From Trichoplax adhaerens (Eukaryota > Animalia > Placozoa), in assembly GCF_000150275.1 (NCBI RefSeq), contig NW_002060948.1, forward strand, positions 4,882,336-4,946,335: 64,000 bases of DNA. Reading direction: 5' to 3'. The notes beneath the pieces were generated by a model. That model was not told the DNA's origin, searched no databases, and worked only from the letters and a program-made list of their open reading frames with translations. Shown in pieces: positions 1 through 14,600 of this stretch (position 1 is the first letter of the stretch; every line of letters starts with the position of its first letter). A program made the position numbers and the translations under genes.

Positions 1-791
1 TCCTTAAAAAACGAACTAATGCAAGCGAAATGAACAAGAAACCAAAACCCAAGTTCTTGTTACAACTTTTGAAGCACTTTATAGCATCTAAGCAAATTTT
101 AAATTACATACCGAGCAACAAAACATTCATATATCGATTACGACTCGTTATATCAAGCTAACGACTTCTGAGTAGGAGTAGTTGATCCAGTATAGTAGAC
201 TTAATATATTTAAAAGACAGTTTGATCGGGCATAATCTTTACTCAATTGGCTACAGATCTTCTTAAACTTAATGCTGACAGCATACTGTAGGTAGAATTT
301 AATATCCTTCCTACACATAAGTAGCAGAAATGCTATACTAGATGCATAGAGTAGTCGATATAATTTTACTATCTACAATAAAATAGGATTACGCCGTAGT
401 TGATTGGTTTCAACGTTGAAGGAACTAATAATCCGAACATTCTCTTTCAAAATCATTAAACAGATGATCAAGCTCAGTTAGACACCTCCTAAAGGAATTG
501 ACATAAACGAAGCACGCTATTTCTATTCTAAGTAAATAAAATAGCACCCTTCTTTATCCTTATTTATTTATCTAATAATGTCACACCATCTTGCATGTAA
601 ACCGAGGATAACTTTAATGATGAATGATCCCAAAATTAATTATTGTTACTAAAACCTTTCATCGAATAAAATTATTCGCAATAATTATATCGCTATCGTC
701 TTCATAATCAGCTTAGAAAAGTAAAGATAAGCAAAGAAATACAAGTTTGGCCTTATGCATACCTAGTAGCTATGACGAACGTTTAAATGCA

Positions 792-889
792 TCTCTATAA
801 TTATAGTAAGCTTCTGATAGAGTGTCGATAAAGATTAATGTCTCTATAATTATAGTAGGATGCTGATAGAGTGTCGATAAAGATTAATG
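792..889. repeat. Tandem duplication, 2 x 49 bp
   Basis: tctctataattatagta...gtgtcgataaagattaatg occurs at 792-840 and 841-889 with a few substitutions. Each copy contains the palindrome ctataattatag. Confidence 0.9.
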
Positions 890-3800
890 GATACTCTGTC
901 TTACTTTCAAATAGACTTTAAAGTAGCGTTAACATTATGTATCGTGAATTATTAATTCGAGAAGAAATTGACTTAAATGAAAATAGAAGCTTACTTTGTT
1001 TTATTGCGCCATCCATTTCCTATTAATGATCAGCACAGAAACTAACTTGCAAAGTTTTATCTTGATTAGTAGACGAGAGATTTTAAAAAAATCATGACCA
1101 TTCTTCTCGTAGAATATACCATCAATTTAATCTTATGCTTTCATCGTTTGTCGAAGGTAATATAAAATGATTAATACGTTATGTTTTAAACTTTGATAGT
1201 AAATACGATTGTATGTATTATTATCAATAGCGTGATTCAAATTTTAAACTGATCTTCACTCCAAGAATTAATTTCTTAAACATGCTTTAGATGCATCAAG
1301 TCCAATACAAATATCGAAATTTAGGGAGATGAATAAGGAAGACGGTAATACAACATAAAGAATAGAATCCAATTTTGCAATTAAATTCATGAAAGGCAAT
1401 CGCCAATAGAGTTGAATAAGGATATATGGATTGAGACATTGTAAATAAATAAATAAAAATACGATCGTCTATAATAATGAATAACTTTTTTGACTAGCAA
1501 CCTATTCAATTCAATTATTTCTTTTATATCTTTTATTTGAAATAAATTATATACAGTACGTGTTCGTAAAGGCATTATTTATAATTGATAGGCAATCACT
1601 GGCTGAAAATAGTTGATTTGATGAATAATCATCACATGTTCGAAATCACTTCAAACAATTCTTGCTAATAGTATGGAGGGCATCTAATTTTAGTTTGATC
1701 GTTACATAACAAAATTGTGATGTTACAGTTTATTATAAAACGATATTTAATAAGGATGAGGCGAAAATTTGTTCAATAAAATCTAAATTAACTACGATAT
1801 TACTCAATTTGCCAATGTTGGCTGTCTAGGCACATGTTTCTTACAACATTATTTAAATGTTAACGAAAAAGCAATTCAACAGAATATAACGTTAATGCTT
1901 AGAAAAATTTCGTGCAAAATGATCCTAACTTTATAAAGATACCATTCAATTAGAAATTAAGGTCACTAAAAACCAGTTTGTGGCGATTTGCAGCAAATGA
2001 TGATAAACCTCGTAATATCATAGCAAGGACTTGAGGCCAAATCTAACTTTAATATCTTTTATTTATACGATAAGATAATTATTTAACTAGACAGTGCATC
2101 AAAGTTTATCAAAATTTAATTTGAAATTATTCAGATACGATAATAAAGCCATCCAGGCGGTACAATGCCATAGCTTTATAAAATTTCCTTCAACGTAATT
2201 TAACACTAGGGCGAAATAGCCTCTTAACTGGTAATTCAATCTAATTGATCTAACTACACACTACGAAAGTACTATTTAGGCATTCTGATATACTAATTTT
2301 TAGATTTTTCTTCGATACGATTGAATTTGAAGATGAAATAGTTTATCAAAATATACTGCAAACTTATCGATGTAATTTATTCACTGCGAAGATATTATTT
2401 AGGAGATATAATAGCTTTATGCATTCCCCCTAGATGCGATTCGACACTACAATAAAATAAAAAATTGAAATTTTAGTAGCATCCCATTGATACAATTTAG
2501 ATACTACGAAGTAACTATTTTGGCCCACTACGTTATCATTTTCTATAATTCTCTCTGATATGAAACTCTAGGATAAATTTTTTTAATTGTTCATTTTACA
2601 AAGCTTCTTGGAGTCCATTCGATTAAAATTTTCTAAACACAATCTAGACTGGATAATGAAAGTACTAGAAGTTTCAATATATCAAGATTTATCAGAAATC
2701 GACCACCACAATTTAAATAAATAATTTAATCAATTTAACATCGTACATGTTTCATAGCTAAGTAATAATCTATTTTTACATCATTTCATCTTCCATGATG
2801 ATCTAACTACCCAAAATATCCCAAGCTTAATACTAATCTGCTAGATACAATTAAAACTTAACGATGATAATACTCAGGACATCATCAAAGTGGGCTTGTA
2901 AAAATATCGATATTAGTTCTTATCCTGATGATCGTTTTATTTTGTACGGCTATCCAGAAATGTACTAGTTAGCAACTGTTCTCGCTGACAGGTTGATCAG
3001 TGCAGGAAATAGTTTATGCCATTGTTTTATTTTGATTTTACATTTTGTTTACATAAACAAATGACATTAGAATCTAAAAAGAATTAGTTATCAATTAATA
3101 ATTATTGATCTTATTGTTTAGTTATTTATCATCTAGTTTACGAATTCTTTTCTATTGTTTAGATTTTATAATATAGCTTTAATCTAGTACTTTATTATTT
3201 GCCGACATCATGAATCGTAGCGTTGGCGTCCTTGAATAGATCTATTATAAACGTTCAAATAAATTGCCGTTACCCTAAGGTAGTTAAATAACTTAGGAAT
3301 GATAGTTCATTTGAGTAAATCGCTAGCCTTATCTATAGTATCCACTATGATTGAATCAATCGATTGCAGCAACCATAAGCGGACACACAGCTAGTTAAAA
3401 TGAATGATTATAAGTTATAGACATCTGCTACACTTATAATTCATGAATATGTTCGTAAAGTCTTATCTAATTTCAATTCTATCCCTTAAACTCGAAAATA
3501 GTGTCAGTTATTGATCAAAATCTAGTTCAAGATCGCCTAGATCGCATTTCAAGATAAGCACAAGTGCATAATCAGACTCAGCTGCTATGAGTGAATTGAT
3601 TTCTTTCAACTAATTGCTAAGGTTGCCTTAGATCATGTAATTTGAAAAACAAGGCCAAACTACTATGGTATTACTTATCATGAACCTGATATATAAAACT
3701 TAAACCGATAACGGTCATGTAATTATTGTATAGCATGTTAGGTTTCTTTTAGTAGTCTATAGCACATAATGACTCAATCTAAACTTTACGAATTGAAATA

Positions 3801-5660
3801 ATTGCACTAAGTACGCCATACCTCGTGTTTGAATAGCTGCTAGAGTGAAATCATGAGAGCAATTAACAGATTAAGAGATACTTTCCGGCCGGTTCAGGGG
3901 TATAATTTGAAAGGAATACCGAAAAACCGATAGAATTACTTTCTAAACGGAATATTTTACTTCACCCACCAATAATTATAATCTGTACTATGAGGTTATT
4001 TTAACAGCTTTTTAAAAGATATCGTAGCTCTTCGACCTCAACTTGGGCTATCAAAATTAATAAGTTAGTCATAAACGACTGCAGTGATATCCAGATAATC
4101 GATTGAGTGTCTATGGCTATGATAAAGCACGATTTCGGTTTTCTGCGCAATAATTGGTTATATGAATAAAACTACTCGACCATGAATATCACCGTAAGGC
4201 TAACATGCTGTAAGTAATAATTCAGGAACAACCTTTATGAGTTATATCTAGCTGAACTATCGGTAGCTGTATTATATAGTATAGGTCTATAAATAAAATA
4301 CTAGCTATTAAGTGAAATAAAAGACTGCAGATATCGTAATAAAAATATGACGTTGTCTAGCAGTATTGACAAATGAATTCTAACCAATCGATAGCGATAT
4401 CTATTTTTATTGGCTTATTCCTTTTAACATATATGACCACATTACCCAAAACTGTACATTAAAGTTGAATAGCGACGATAACTATTAATAACAGAAAGAA
4501 AAAACGAAATGTATTAGCATAGTCACAGGCAAATTCTTATACAATATCTCGTATGTTTTAATAGATGGAAAGAACAGACTTATATCACAAATAGAACATG
4601 TTATAGCCGAAAATGTTGGTATTCCAGATAACTTATCAAATTATAATAATCGTATAGCGCTAAATAGGCGATTAATTGACAGCCTCATAACTGAGTCATG
4701 TAATATAAACGGTGAACAAATTGTTGATGCTTGAGCTAAATAGTTTTGTATTTTTAGTGCGTTTCAGTCATAATGTTCTATCTTAACAATTGGAGAATGA
4801 TGTTTCATTAGTACAGATTGACCAAATTGCCAATAGTACCAATAGTAAATATTCGCTATAGATGATTCAATCGCACATGTGTAGTCCACTTTACAGATTT
4901 GTATATTAATAGGTTAAAATCGTTAATTCCCAACTAATTTACAAAGTAGATCTAGTTTGTTAGCCATGTAACACAACAATAATAGAATTTTGACATGAAT
5001 AAACAATATGAATTAGAGCGTATTCCTCATCTACAACATTATGATAAATTTCCTGTATCGGAATAGCGTAATACACCGTACTTAGTAACGGCGGTGAAAA
5101 AAATGATAATATACTAGACTATCAATTAGTTAAATGGTTTATGACAATTCGCATGACCTCGATACGAGAGGCCAATCACTGGTTTTACTAATATCACATA
5201 TAATTGGTCGGTTTACTTCTTTGCACGATACAATTGAAGTATAAGAAGAATACAGTACTATAAATTTACGTCCAAGAAAAAATTTGTTCGTATCTCAAAA
5301 TGTATCACAAATCTGATGGAAGGATCACGAATATGGTGAAATGTGAATACGTCATCGTCATCATTAAGGCAATTCATGTAATTTAGGAAGGTCCTTTACA
5401 CATCAGAAAAATGTCAAAAGAATAATGGGTTCTATTAAAATGTATCATATAGTTAATTCTATTACTTATAGCGTAAGCAAATGTTAATCTCCAGATAACT
5501 ACAATTTCGTATTGACATCTACAATGTGAAATCAGTATAATATGTGAGTTTTACAATCTTTTACAGTATCCTAAAAAAAATCCATTAATTTTTTTCATAA
5601 TATTCATACAATGGCAACCTCTGATAATTGACAATTAATAAAACTACATCAGACATCACA

Positions 5661-8600
5661 CTAAAATCCACCTGGTGGAAATACACCTTGATGATGATCA
5701 TTAAATAGCATTGGTGGTGCGGTAAACCATGCCGGAACTGGTGGTTGACCTGACGCCGCTGCCGAAGCTGCTGCCGCTGCAGCATTACCTGATCGTGTCC
5801 ACTCGTATGCCACTTGGTCAATCATGTTGCGTGATAAGGTTTGACGCAAACCTTCTTGGCTGTAAAATTGCATCATACGTTGCAATTCAGGGTTCATACT
5901 AAAAGCATTCGATGGTATATTACCCATTGCTAAATTTGATAATACTTCAGGTGGAATATAAGAACCATTTAGTAACGGAGACATGAAATTATTCTCAATC
6001 GGGTGAATACCAGTTGGGCCAAGTTGACTATGTAATGCGGGCATGCCATATTGATGAATAGGGTGCATCGCTAGAGATGACGGATCAACATGATGATGCT
6101 GATGTTGAAGAGGATTACCGTGGAGCATTCCGGAATGGCATTCATTGCTTGCCATTAGCGGATTTTGAAATTGAAGTAAGCCATTTCCATTATGAATATT
6201 TGGCAATGATGGCAAAGTATTCGCCGCCATATTATGACCATGCATATAATAATTGTTAGTTGGATTTACATTACCGTACTGCGTAAATCGATTAGCAGCA
6301 ACATTATGTACTGATGGTAAATTTCTTTCCTGAATGGCATTGCGAACGGTATTACTTTCTTCACGATCAGCCGAAACATCTTGCGGCTTGAAGGCAGATT
6401 TTGTTGGAGTCGATCCCTCAGATACAGGTACTCTTTTTTCATCGCTTTTCTCCTAATAGCAGCAATTAAACAATAAAACATCAGCTGTTAACTTCAATTT
6501 TTAATGTATTTTTTATTCATAAACTGAGTCATCAATAATAATCATCATTATTGTAGTAATACAGTTAGCTAAATTGTAATATTACGCTCACCATTTCAGG
6601 CCTAGACTTCTTATCTTGCTTTACAGCTATTGCACTAGTCGTAGTGGTTGATGTAGTCGGTGTCGATGTTGCACTTGTCCCCTTTATTTCCATTTGTTTC
6701 AATGGCGTGAAAGATAAATCTGTGCGAGCTGATCCTATTGTTCCTTTCATATGATGAAGACGCTTAACAAATCGCGCTGATGTACTAACATGAATGCTTT
6801 CTTGATCTTTACTACTGTTTCTATTTGTTCTTTGCGCGTTTCCGTTAATAGGTTCTTCAGTAGTATTCGTACTGCTTGTGCTTGAGTTATCGTCAGTATC
6901 GCTATCGCTACTAACAGATTTCTATACAGCGCAGAATAATCAAGAAATGACTCTAAATTATCTTAAATACATCTATTTTTAGATTCCAAGCAGTTCTTGA
7001 ACTAACCTGGCTTTGCACCTTCTTTTTCGATCGTTTACGTCGTCTGTTATCAATCGACTTATTAGCAGCACGTTTGGTGCTCGTAGTCTTAGTTGGAACT
7101 CTTCCTCTTCTCTTCGGTTTTTGTTCGACGAGCGATCCATTACTACTGGAAGGGCTACATGCAATAGCATTAGATCCAGTAACATCTTGGCGATGTACAC
7201 CATTATCAACTGATGATGAATCACTATTGCTTGGTGAAGATCTATTACGCGTGAAGCGACTACTATGCCGATTATTCCCATTATCAACTTTTCGCGGCCT
7301 TCTGCGTTTTACTTCCATCTGTAGAAAGGGTTTAGAGGCATTTTAAAACGTTGTAATATAACGAAAAATTAACTTTGCGAGACGCTTTCAATATTAAATG
7401 ATCACTTGATTGTTACCTCATCCTTCTTTCTTTTTTCTTTTTCTTTTTCCTTTTCTCTTTCGTATAATTTTAGTAATTGAGCCGGCGGCTCAACAGAATC
7501 AGGAATTGATTTCATTTCTCCATACTTTTTAAAGTATATTCTACAATCATCACAAAGTAACTGCTTATCAACACCGGAATGGTGCCAACTGCGTGATGTA
7601 GTAGAATAACAATGTCGACAACAATACAAGCGACGATCTCTATCGCCTTCTTCACCAGTCAAACCATCTTCACTAGCAGAACCAAGATCAGCTATAATTA
7701 TTATTATAAAAGCTAAACATCAATTTAAACCACCTTAGTAATAACAATTCATAATAAATTGTTGAAAAAGTTATTCTAAGCGAAGTAAATTATTTATTTC
7801 ACTTACGAAGTTCAGATTTATTATTTCTAATCTTTGTAGCGCGCGGCGCTCGCTGACGTCTAATATTACGACGATGTTTTCGATAGGCTTTGGCATTAGT
7901 TGCGCCCTTTGTTTTCTTCCAGTGATAGTAAAATTCTATCAAATCACCCTATTATCAAGTAGAATGACAGTGAATAAACAAACCGATGATTTGTTAGTAC
8001 AAATGTATACAATCGAACAATGGTCTTTAATGTCCAAATTGCAATAGGATACGTTGCAATCTTTAGGTAGACTACGTAGTTGCGGTTAACTCGTACCGTG
8101 TCTTTCTCAGAAAACAGCTCTTTACGTATTCGATGAAAATTTTTGCCGTATAGTCTTAATCCTTTGACGAAGCGTTTCTAGATTTATCCAATTTACAACA
8201 AAAGTGAATGCATACGGTTAATAATGTAGTACAAGATATTTATTGAAACAGTAAAAGCCGATCATAAAAATTTACTCTAATTGCATTTACCGTATCATCA
8301 TCATTCCAAACTTTAAGAAAAGATTTCGGGAGCGGTCTTTCAGTTAGACTCTTCATAGCTGAGTCAGTATCGAAATGATTTTCATAGAGCTATTTTTATA
8401 AGTCAATACTTGATTACTGCCATGGTCTAATTACTTAAATATTGCGGTAACATAATACAGAACGGAAATAATTAATCTTACCTTCATTAATGCGTTATAT
8501 TGCACGACACAGTCCGATATCTATTAAATTGTAGAATATTTGCAACATTAATAACAATACTACTGTAATATAAAATATACAGTATATTCAACTAATTAAC

Positions 8601-11600
8601 TAACAGATAATAAGCACAACCTACCAGATAATCGCTATCCTCGGTTTTACCCTGCGCTAAACCTGCATAACCAGTAACTAAGCTTCTATTTATCATAAAC
8701 ATAACAAATACAGTTAAATCGTATAATCAAACAATGAAGAACGTATTATTGCAAAATTTACTTTGCAGCCTCTAGGTAGCTATCGATATCTTCTTCTTCA
8801 TCTGGTGGTGCCCAAACCTAAATAAACAAACAGTGTATATTCCTATTACTCATAGCTAAATAAAATCTTTATAAAATAGTACTTCAATAGTAACGAACCT
8901 TAGTCTCATAGGTGTTATCATCATAAGAATCAATCGAAGATATAGGTCTTAACTCTGGCAATGCAACCTAAACCGCGAAATACAACATTAACAATCAGCG
9001 AAAATATTTTCAGCATCACATTAACTCTAAGTTGTATGCAGATGAAAGTTCTCCTATGGAGGATGAAACAATCAATACGATTATAATTACCTGATGGCTT
9101 GGTCCTATACGAATTTCCCCTTGTGTATTGGCTAAACGTCTATCAACCAGATATCACAATATTATCAAACAATGCGACTAGGAATAGTCATGGAAATTAA
9201 ATTCGATAAATTATCTATAAAATTTACTAACCTAGTTTCTGGATTATAACCATATATATAGAAAAATGTATCTGGCTTGGATACCATGTCACGAAGACTA
9301 TTTACATCTGGCATTTGTTCTACATCACATTTTCCTCTACAATAGCAATGGAAAGATACGAAGTATGAATTTAAAATTTCGATATGCAATGATAGCAATG
9401 TGTTAATCAACTCTTGCAACCAACCTTAACGCCGAGGCAGGGAACATATCCTTGGTATTTGAAGAAAATAATTCCCTTTGCTTAACAGAAAGTTCATTTA
9501 GAACACGATGGAGACCATCTGTTCCTCCATTATCTGCATCACGATCTTGCCTTAACGTGTGATAAACTGAGTGGGGGACTTCCGAAGAGCGGTAGTACCA
9601 TTGAACTGTTACTTGTAAGCATTGCTTTGTCTATAAAGTAAGACAATGGCACAATAATTTAATATCATAAAATTGATATAAAACTTTACAACTTTGATTA
9701 TTAACCACGTAAGGCTATCAATTATCGATCTAAGTCTTTATAGTACTGTACTAAAAATTGTAGCTAACAGAAAAAAGTATATCCAATAGTAAAAAATTAT
9801 AATACAATAATTAGAAAAACTAAATCGCAATTTGCTTGTTATTCCATTTTAAGAATATCAGTTACTATCAAGAAAATTAAATATTTCTAATAAAACAGAA
9901 ATAACTCCTGACTTTCAATTAATTGTATTGATAGTTTATGTATCAACAGTAACGTTGATTGAGTTTAACTTCGCCTTGTCTAAGACGACTAAAGACAGTA
10001 TTAATAGCATAAACAGTAAACGGAAAATAGAAAAAGGAAAGAAGTCATTATTAATCGTCCTATGATGCAACGATAATCCATCTCCGTTATCGATAAGACT
10101 TTACGATGACAATACAATATATGACAAAGTATTCCAACTCTTATCTTGGTATTAATCTTGACTGAAGACTACTGTCACTCAAATCGCTTTATTACAACTA
10201 CTATCTCGGACGGTAATATTCATATCGTTTAGTATGATAGTTTTTTCAATGTAAGAGAAATCAATTGCAAACAGGCCTCAATTCGCGCTACTGAATTACA
10301 GGTACAATGTTATAGGCATTAGTATGTATGAACTAATAAATCAAGCAAAAAGCATCAATATTGGTGATACTATAGCAGCGCTTATAAAGATATTTGTCAT
10401 CATCATTTTAACAGAAGTAACATTACTTGTACTGCACAGCATAACAATTAATAATAACTCTAACATAATTCACTATTATAATTTTTATATATTGTACCAA
10501 TATCTGCTTAATTTTTAACAGAAACAACTTAAGTCGTCCTAAATGTACAGTATGGGTTATTACCGAATCTAAAATAATTCTTATTATAATTAATATTGTT
10601 ATTATTTAATTGCAATAAGTTAAATTCCAAATATTTTACAACATACCATATGAAATTCTTTAATACTACAAATGTAATAAGGCTGATCGACGCGTTGATT
10701 TTCGATGTAAGCACAATCTGTAAATGGAAAATACAATTAAGAATACATGACTATTTCGTTTTTGAAAACCTCTTGCATTACCATTTATCTAGGCGATTTA
10801 ATCATTTTGAGATCAGAATGATAAAAATTTTAAATATCAAGGTAAAACTCAGTCAAGCGAATTCTACTAGAAAAGTATAAGGTAAATATAAACAGCGTAG
10901 AATATGAACAGTTTTAAAAGATAACCCCCCCCCCGTTCAATCATAAAACCACTGATGTAAATCAACTTGTAAAATTGCAAAATATTCAATCAAAATATTC
11001 AGTTGGTTAATACTGAAAATTATCTCTATAATTGATCCAATACTGCACAGTACCAATATTATCGAGATGATGACGTGATCTAAGAATTACAAAGCTTAAT
11101 ATTTTAATATTAAAGCGATTTAAAATAAGGTAGGATAACTCTTTTCACTACTAATGCAAGTACAGTAGATATACTTCATATACCATACTATAGCTGTATC
11201 AAAGCACTACAACGAACTACACAATGTTTCTTATATTAAGCATACAAACGGAAAAAAATGTATCAAGAGTTTACGGTGCAGTAATTTGAAACGTCCATTG
11301 TACATGTAAGATAGTAACTGATTTCATTTAGCAATCAATAATATAATTCATGATTGTAACTGGATGTAGGTACAAAGATTGAACCAAATTTACACAAAAT
11401 CTGCTCAACTGCAGGACGTCCGTCTATTATGATAATCACTTTTCCTTTACGCTCGAAGAAAAGTTTGATTTCACAATATCATTCATGTTGAATTGAAGCA
11501 AGGAAATACAGTAAGATTATGTCATCAATTATACAGTATGTCCCCCCTCCAAAAGAAGAAATTAACAACAGAATTACGTTTTTTAGGAAATTGTTCATTA

Positions 11601-14600
11601 AACCCTTCAATATAACTCAATGAAACAGTGACAGTATTATTATGCGCTCGGACAATATGGAATAAGTTGAATCAAGATTGCACAACATCATAAATGGTAA
11701 AATCTACTCATAAAGTAACAATCTGGAAAAAATCGTAACCCACGATCTAGATTGCCGATGGACAGCACTTAAGACATTGGAAAATTACACTAATCTTCAT
11801 GATATCACAGTTTAATACGTTATTACCGACTCCAATTGACTTTCCTCAATAAAGTTGTTTATAGTCAATAGTTGGATAATGACCATTTTATAAATTCTAA
11901 AATACATTTTAAATGTTCTTTGTGAATTGATTACGTAATCAATAACATTCTCAATATTATAATGCAATTTTATTAGAAATCCTTCATCAACTTCTGTAAT
12001 TCTATGTCAAAAGCCCGAGATTAAACAATGCTTCCCTATAACATCACGAACAAAAGGCAATCAGTACCATTCCAAGTACTTCAATAAAGTAAGCTCTTTG
12101 CAAGAAGTCTGCACTGGAATATACTGTAGTCGAATGTTATATCATCAAAATTGTTATGTTGTAGTCTAAGGGAATGAGTTAAGTTCGAAATAGTTATAAT
12201 TATTCACTTGGAGTATTAACAATTCAATATCTAGCGCATATGGTAATTAAAGAGAACGGCAGGTGAATTTTGACAATTTTTTTTTTCTAATCATTTAACA
12301 TCAAAGAGAGCATGCGATTGCAATAGTCAATATGATTCTACGGCACATTACAACAGAAAAGGCAATTAAGATTTTACAGTAATAATACCATCATGCGTAA
12401 TATCCCATAGGAAAATAAAGAAACAGGCGTAAAAACTGAAAAGAATATAAAGCCTTAAGCGCTAATGTTGTCAATTTGACACGATCAGTTTATACTTCTT
12501 CCACTGGTGACGACGAGTTCCATTTTTAATCAGCTTATTACACTACTGGTCTGTGAATAAGATACGACTAAGTACTTTTTTGACTGCACGGCATTGTCGT
12601 ATACCAGAGTAGATCAGCATAGGCATAGTAATTTTATTTAAAACAGTATCATTAAAAAAGAAATGGACGTCCTGTTTTTTTGATTCGTAAAAGGAAGCTA
12701 AAGTATCGTCAGATCGTCGTATCTTACAGTACCATTTGTCGATTAATGATATACCATAGTTCATTAACTTGTACATTAATTGTAGCCTACACTTGTACAA
12801 TAGCTATCTCCGTCATAAATTACGATAAAAACTTAGTCATATCCTACAGCAATGTACCAGATTCGATGCCAAAATCTGACGCCATTGAACAACTGGCAAA
12901 CATTATCATAGTTAACATCAACCAAGTTTTATATATTTTATTTACATTTTATTCTACAGTAGAAAGACTAAACTCATCATTTAGCCTAGAAATAGTTAAT
13001 AACATTTCATCGATTCTACTGGACCGTAGAGCGTACACTCATGAATTCTATTATTTCACTTTCTTATCTAACTCATACTCTCCCGTATGATAAAACTAAC
13101 GTCCGCATTCAATTGCTTTCGAAATTAAGACAGTAATGCTTTTAAATTTGACCCCAAACATCCAACAACAGTCATAGTCCAAATCAACAATAATGCTAAA
13201 TGATGGAAAAAAATACACGATCTATACCAGTCGATGATATTATTGAATCCTATATTGAAAGTATCGTATGATAGAACTACAGTGTGTTGTAAATTGGGGA
13301 TCGACTTTGGATTAAGATACTTTTTAAAACATATCAGTCATTCAAGTTTTGCATAATATTTCGGAAAAGTTAATAAAAGACTCTACAACTTGACGGTAAT
13401 ATTACTATTTTTTAATTAAAGGTTATTCCACTGTCTGATAATTAAGATTACAATAGGATTGTATTTGGGTAGGCGATTTTCGTCAAGATAGTGACAAAGA
13501 CAGATAACCTGTCTATTAATCAAGATTATCGGAAGAATGTTGCCAGTAGATGATGTCATTTAAGGACATTAAAGAAAGGCGGCGAAAGTAAAAGCAGTCA
13601 AGCTGACAAGTTTGCCCTAGTGTACCTCTAGCTCGTTATAAATATTAACCAGTCAAAATTACAACTTTTGCTATAAAATACAGTACAATAAATCAGTAGC
13701 GTAGAGAGGGATTACGTGTATCCCAATGATAGCCTATTTGATCATTCAACGTTTAAAGGATGATAAAATCGCTTTTGGTACAAGTCAGCGACTTGAAAAA
13801 TTCACACTAAAATCTTAACACATTTATATATTTACTAGATGATCATTGTAAAATGGTCTCATAACACTATTATTCCTGTTATGACAAATTGAACTTGTGT
13901 GTTATGTAGAGAGAAGAATTTCTCTTCTATTAACTTAATATAGTCATCTGTAATAGCTTTGGCATAAGGACAATTTTAGAATAACTTTATCAACTGTTTC
14001 CTGTATGAGTGATTGTCAGTGTCAAATGAGGCAGCATAAAAAGAAGTTCAAACTCGATGGCATAGAGTTCATGTATACGGGTGTCAAAAATGCTGTGGAA
14101 ATTCTCTTTCAGACAGATCGTCTTTTCACTGTTTCTTTTTGATTCCATCACTCATACGTCATAGAATTATTTATTTCAAAATTCACCAGCAAACTATTTA
14201 ATGGAAAAAATTATAACCCAAGTACACTAGAGATACGACAATACTCGAGACTGCATAGAATAGAATAAAACTGCAAAGTCCAGTTAAATTCAACTTTAAA
14301 GTCATATTCCATTGGCAGTGGCCAAAGTTAAACACGTAGCCAATCTAAGTACTAAAGTATATATTCCTAGATATTATACACTTCATTAAAATTAGGATCA
14401 AGTCTAGCATATGGACTATACAGTATACACTACAGTACATGATTGATAAAACTGTTATGTAAACTGTTTGTAAAAATCAATACTGTAGGGACAATCATTC
14501 CTACGCTGCATAATATAACATCGGTTACAGCACAAGCAACCAATAAACATACTTTAGGATCGAATGATCACCTTTAATTAATTCAAAGTAGAATAAGATT

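Noticed and set aside
5585-5821. Alternative RERE C-terminus ending 'LPLYEYYEKN' via a short terminal intron
   Set aside because: It needs a weak donor and an intron of about 64 nt, the resemblance to atrophin C-termini is marginal, and the main frame already ends at a stop at 5661.
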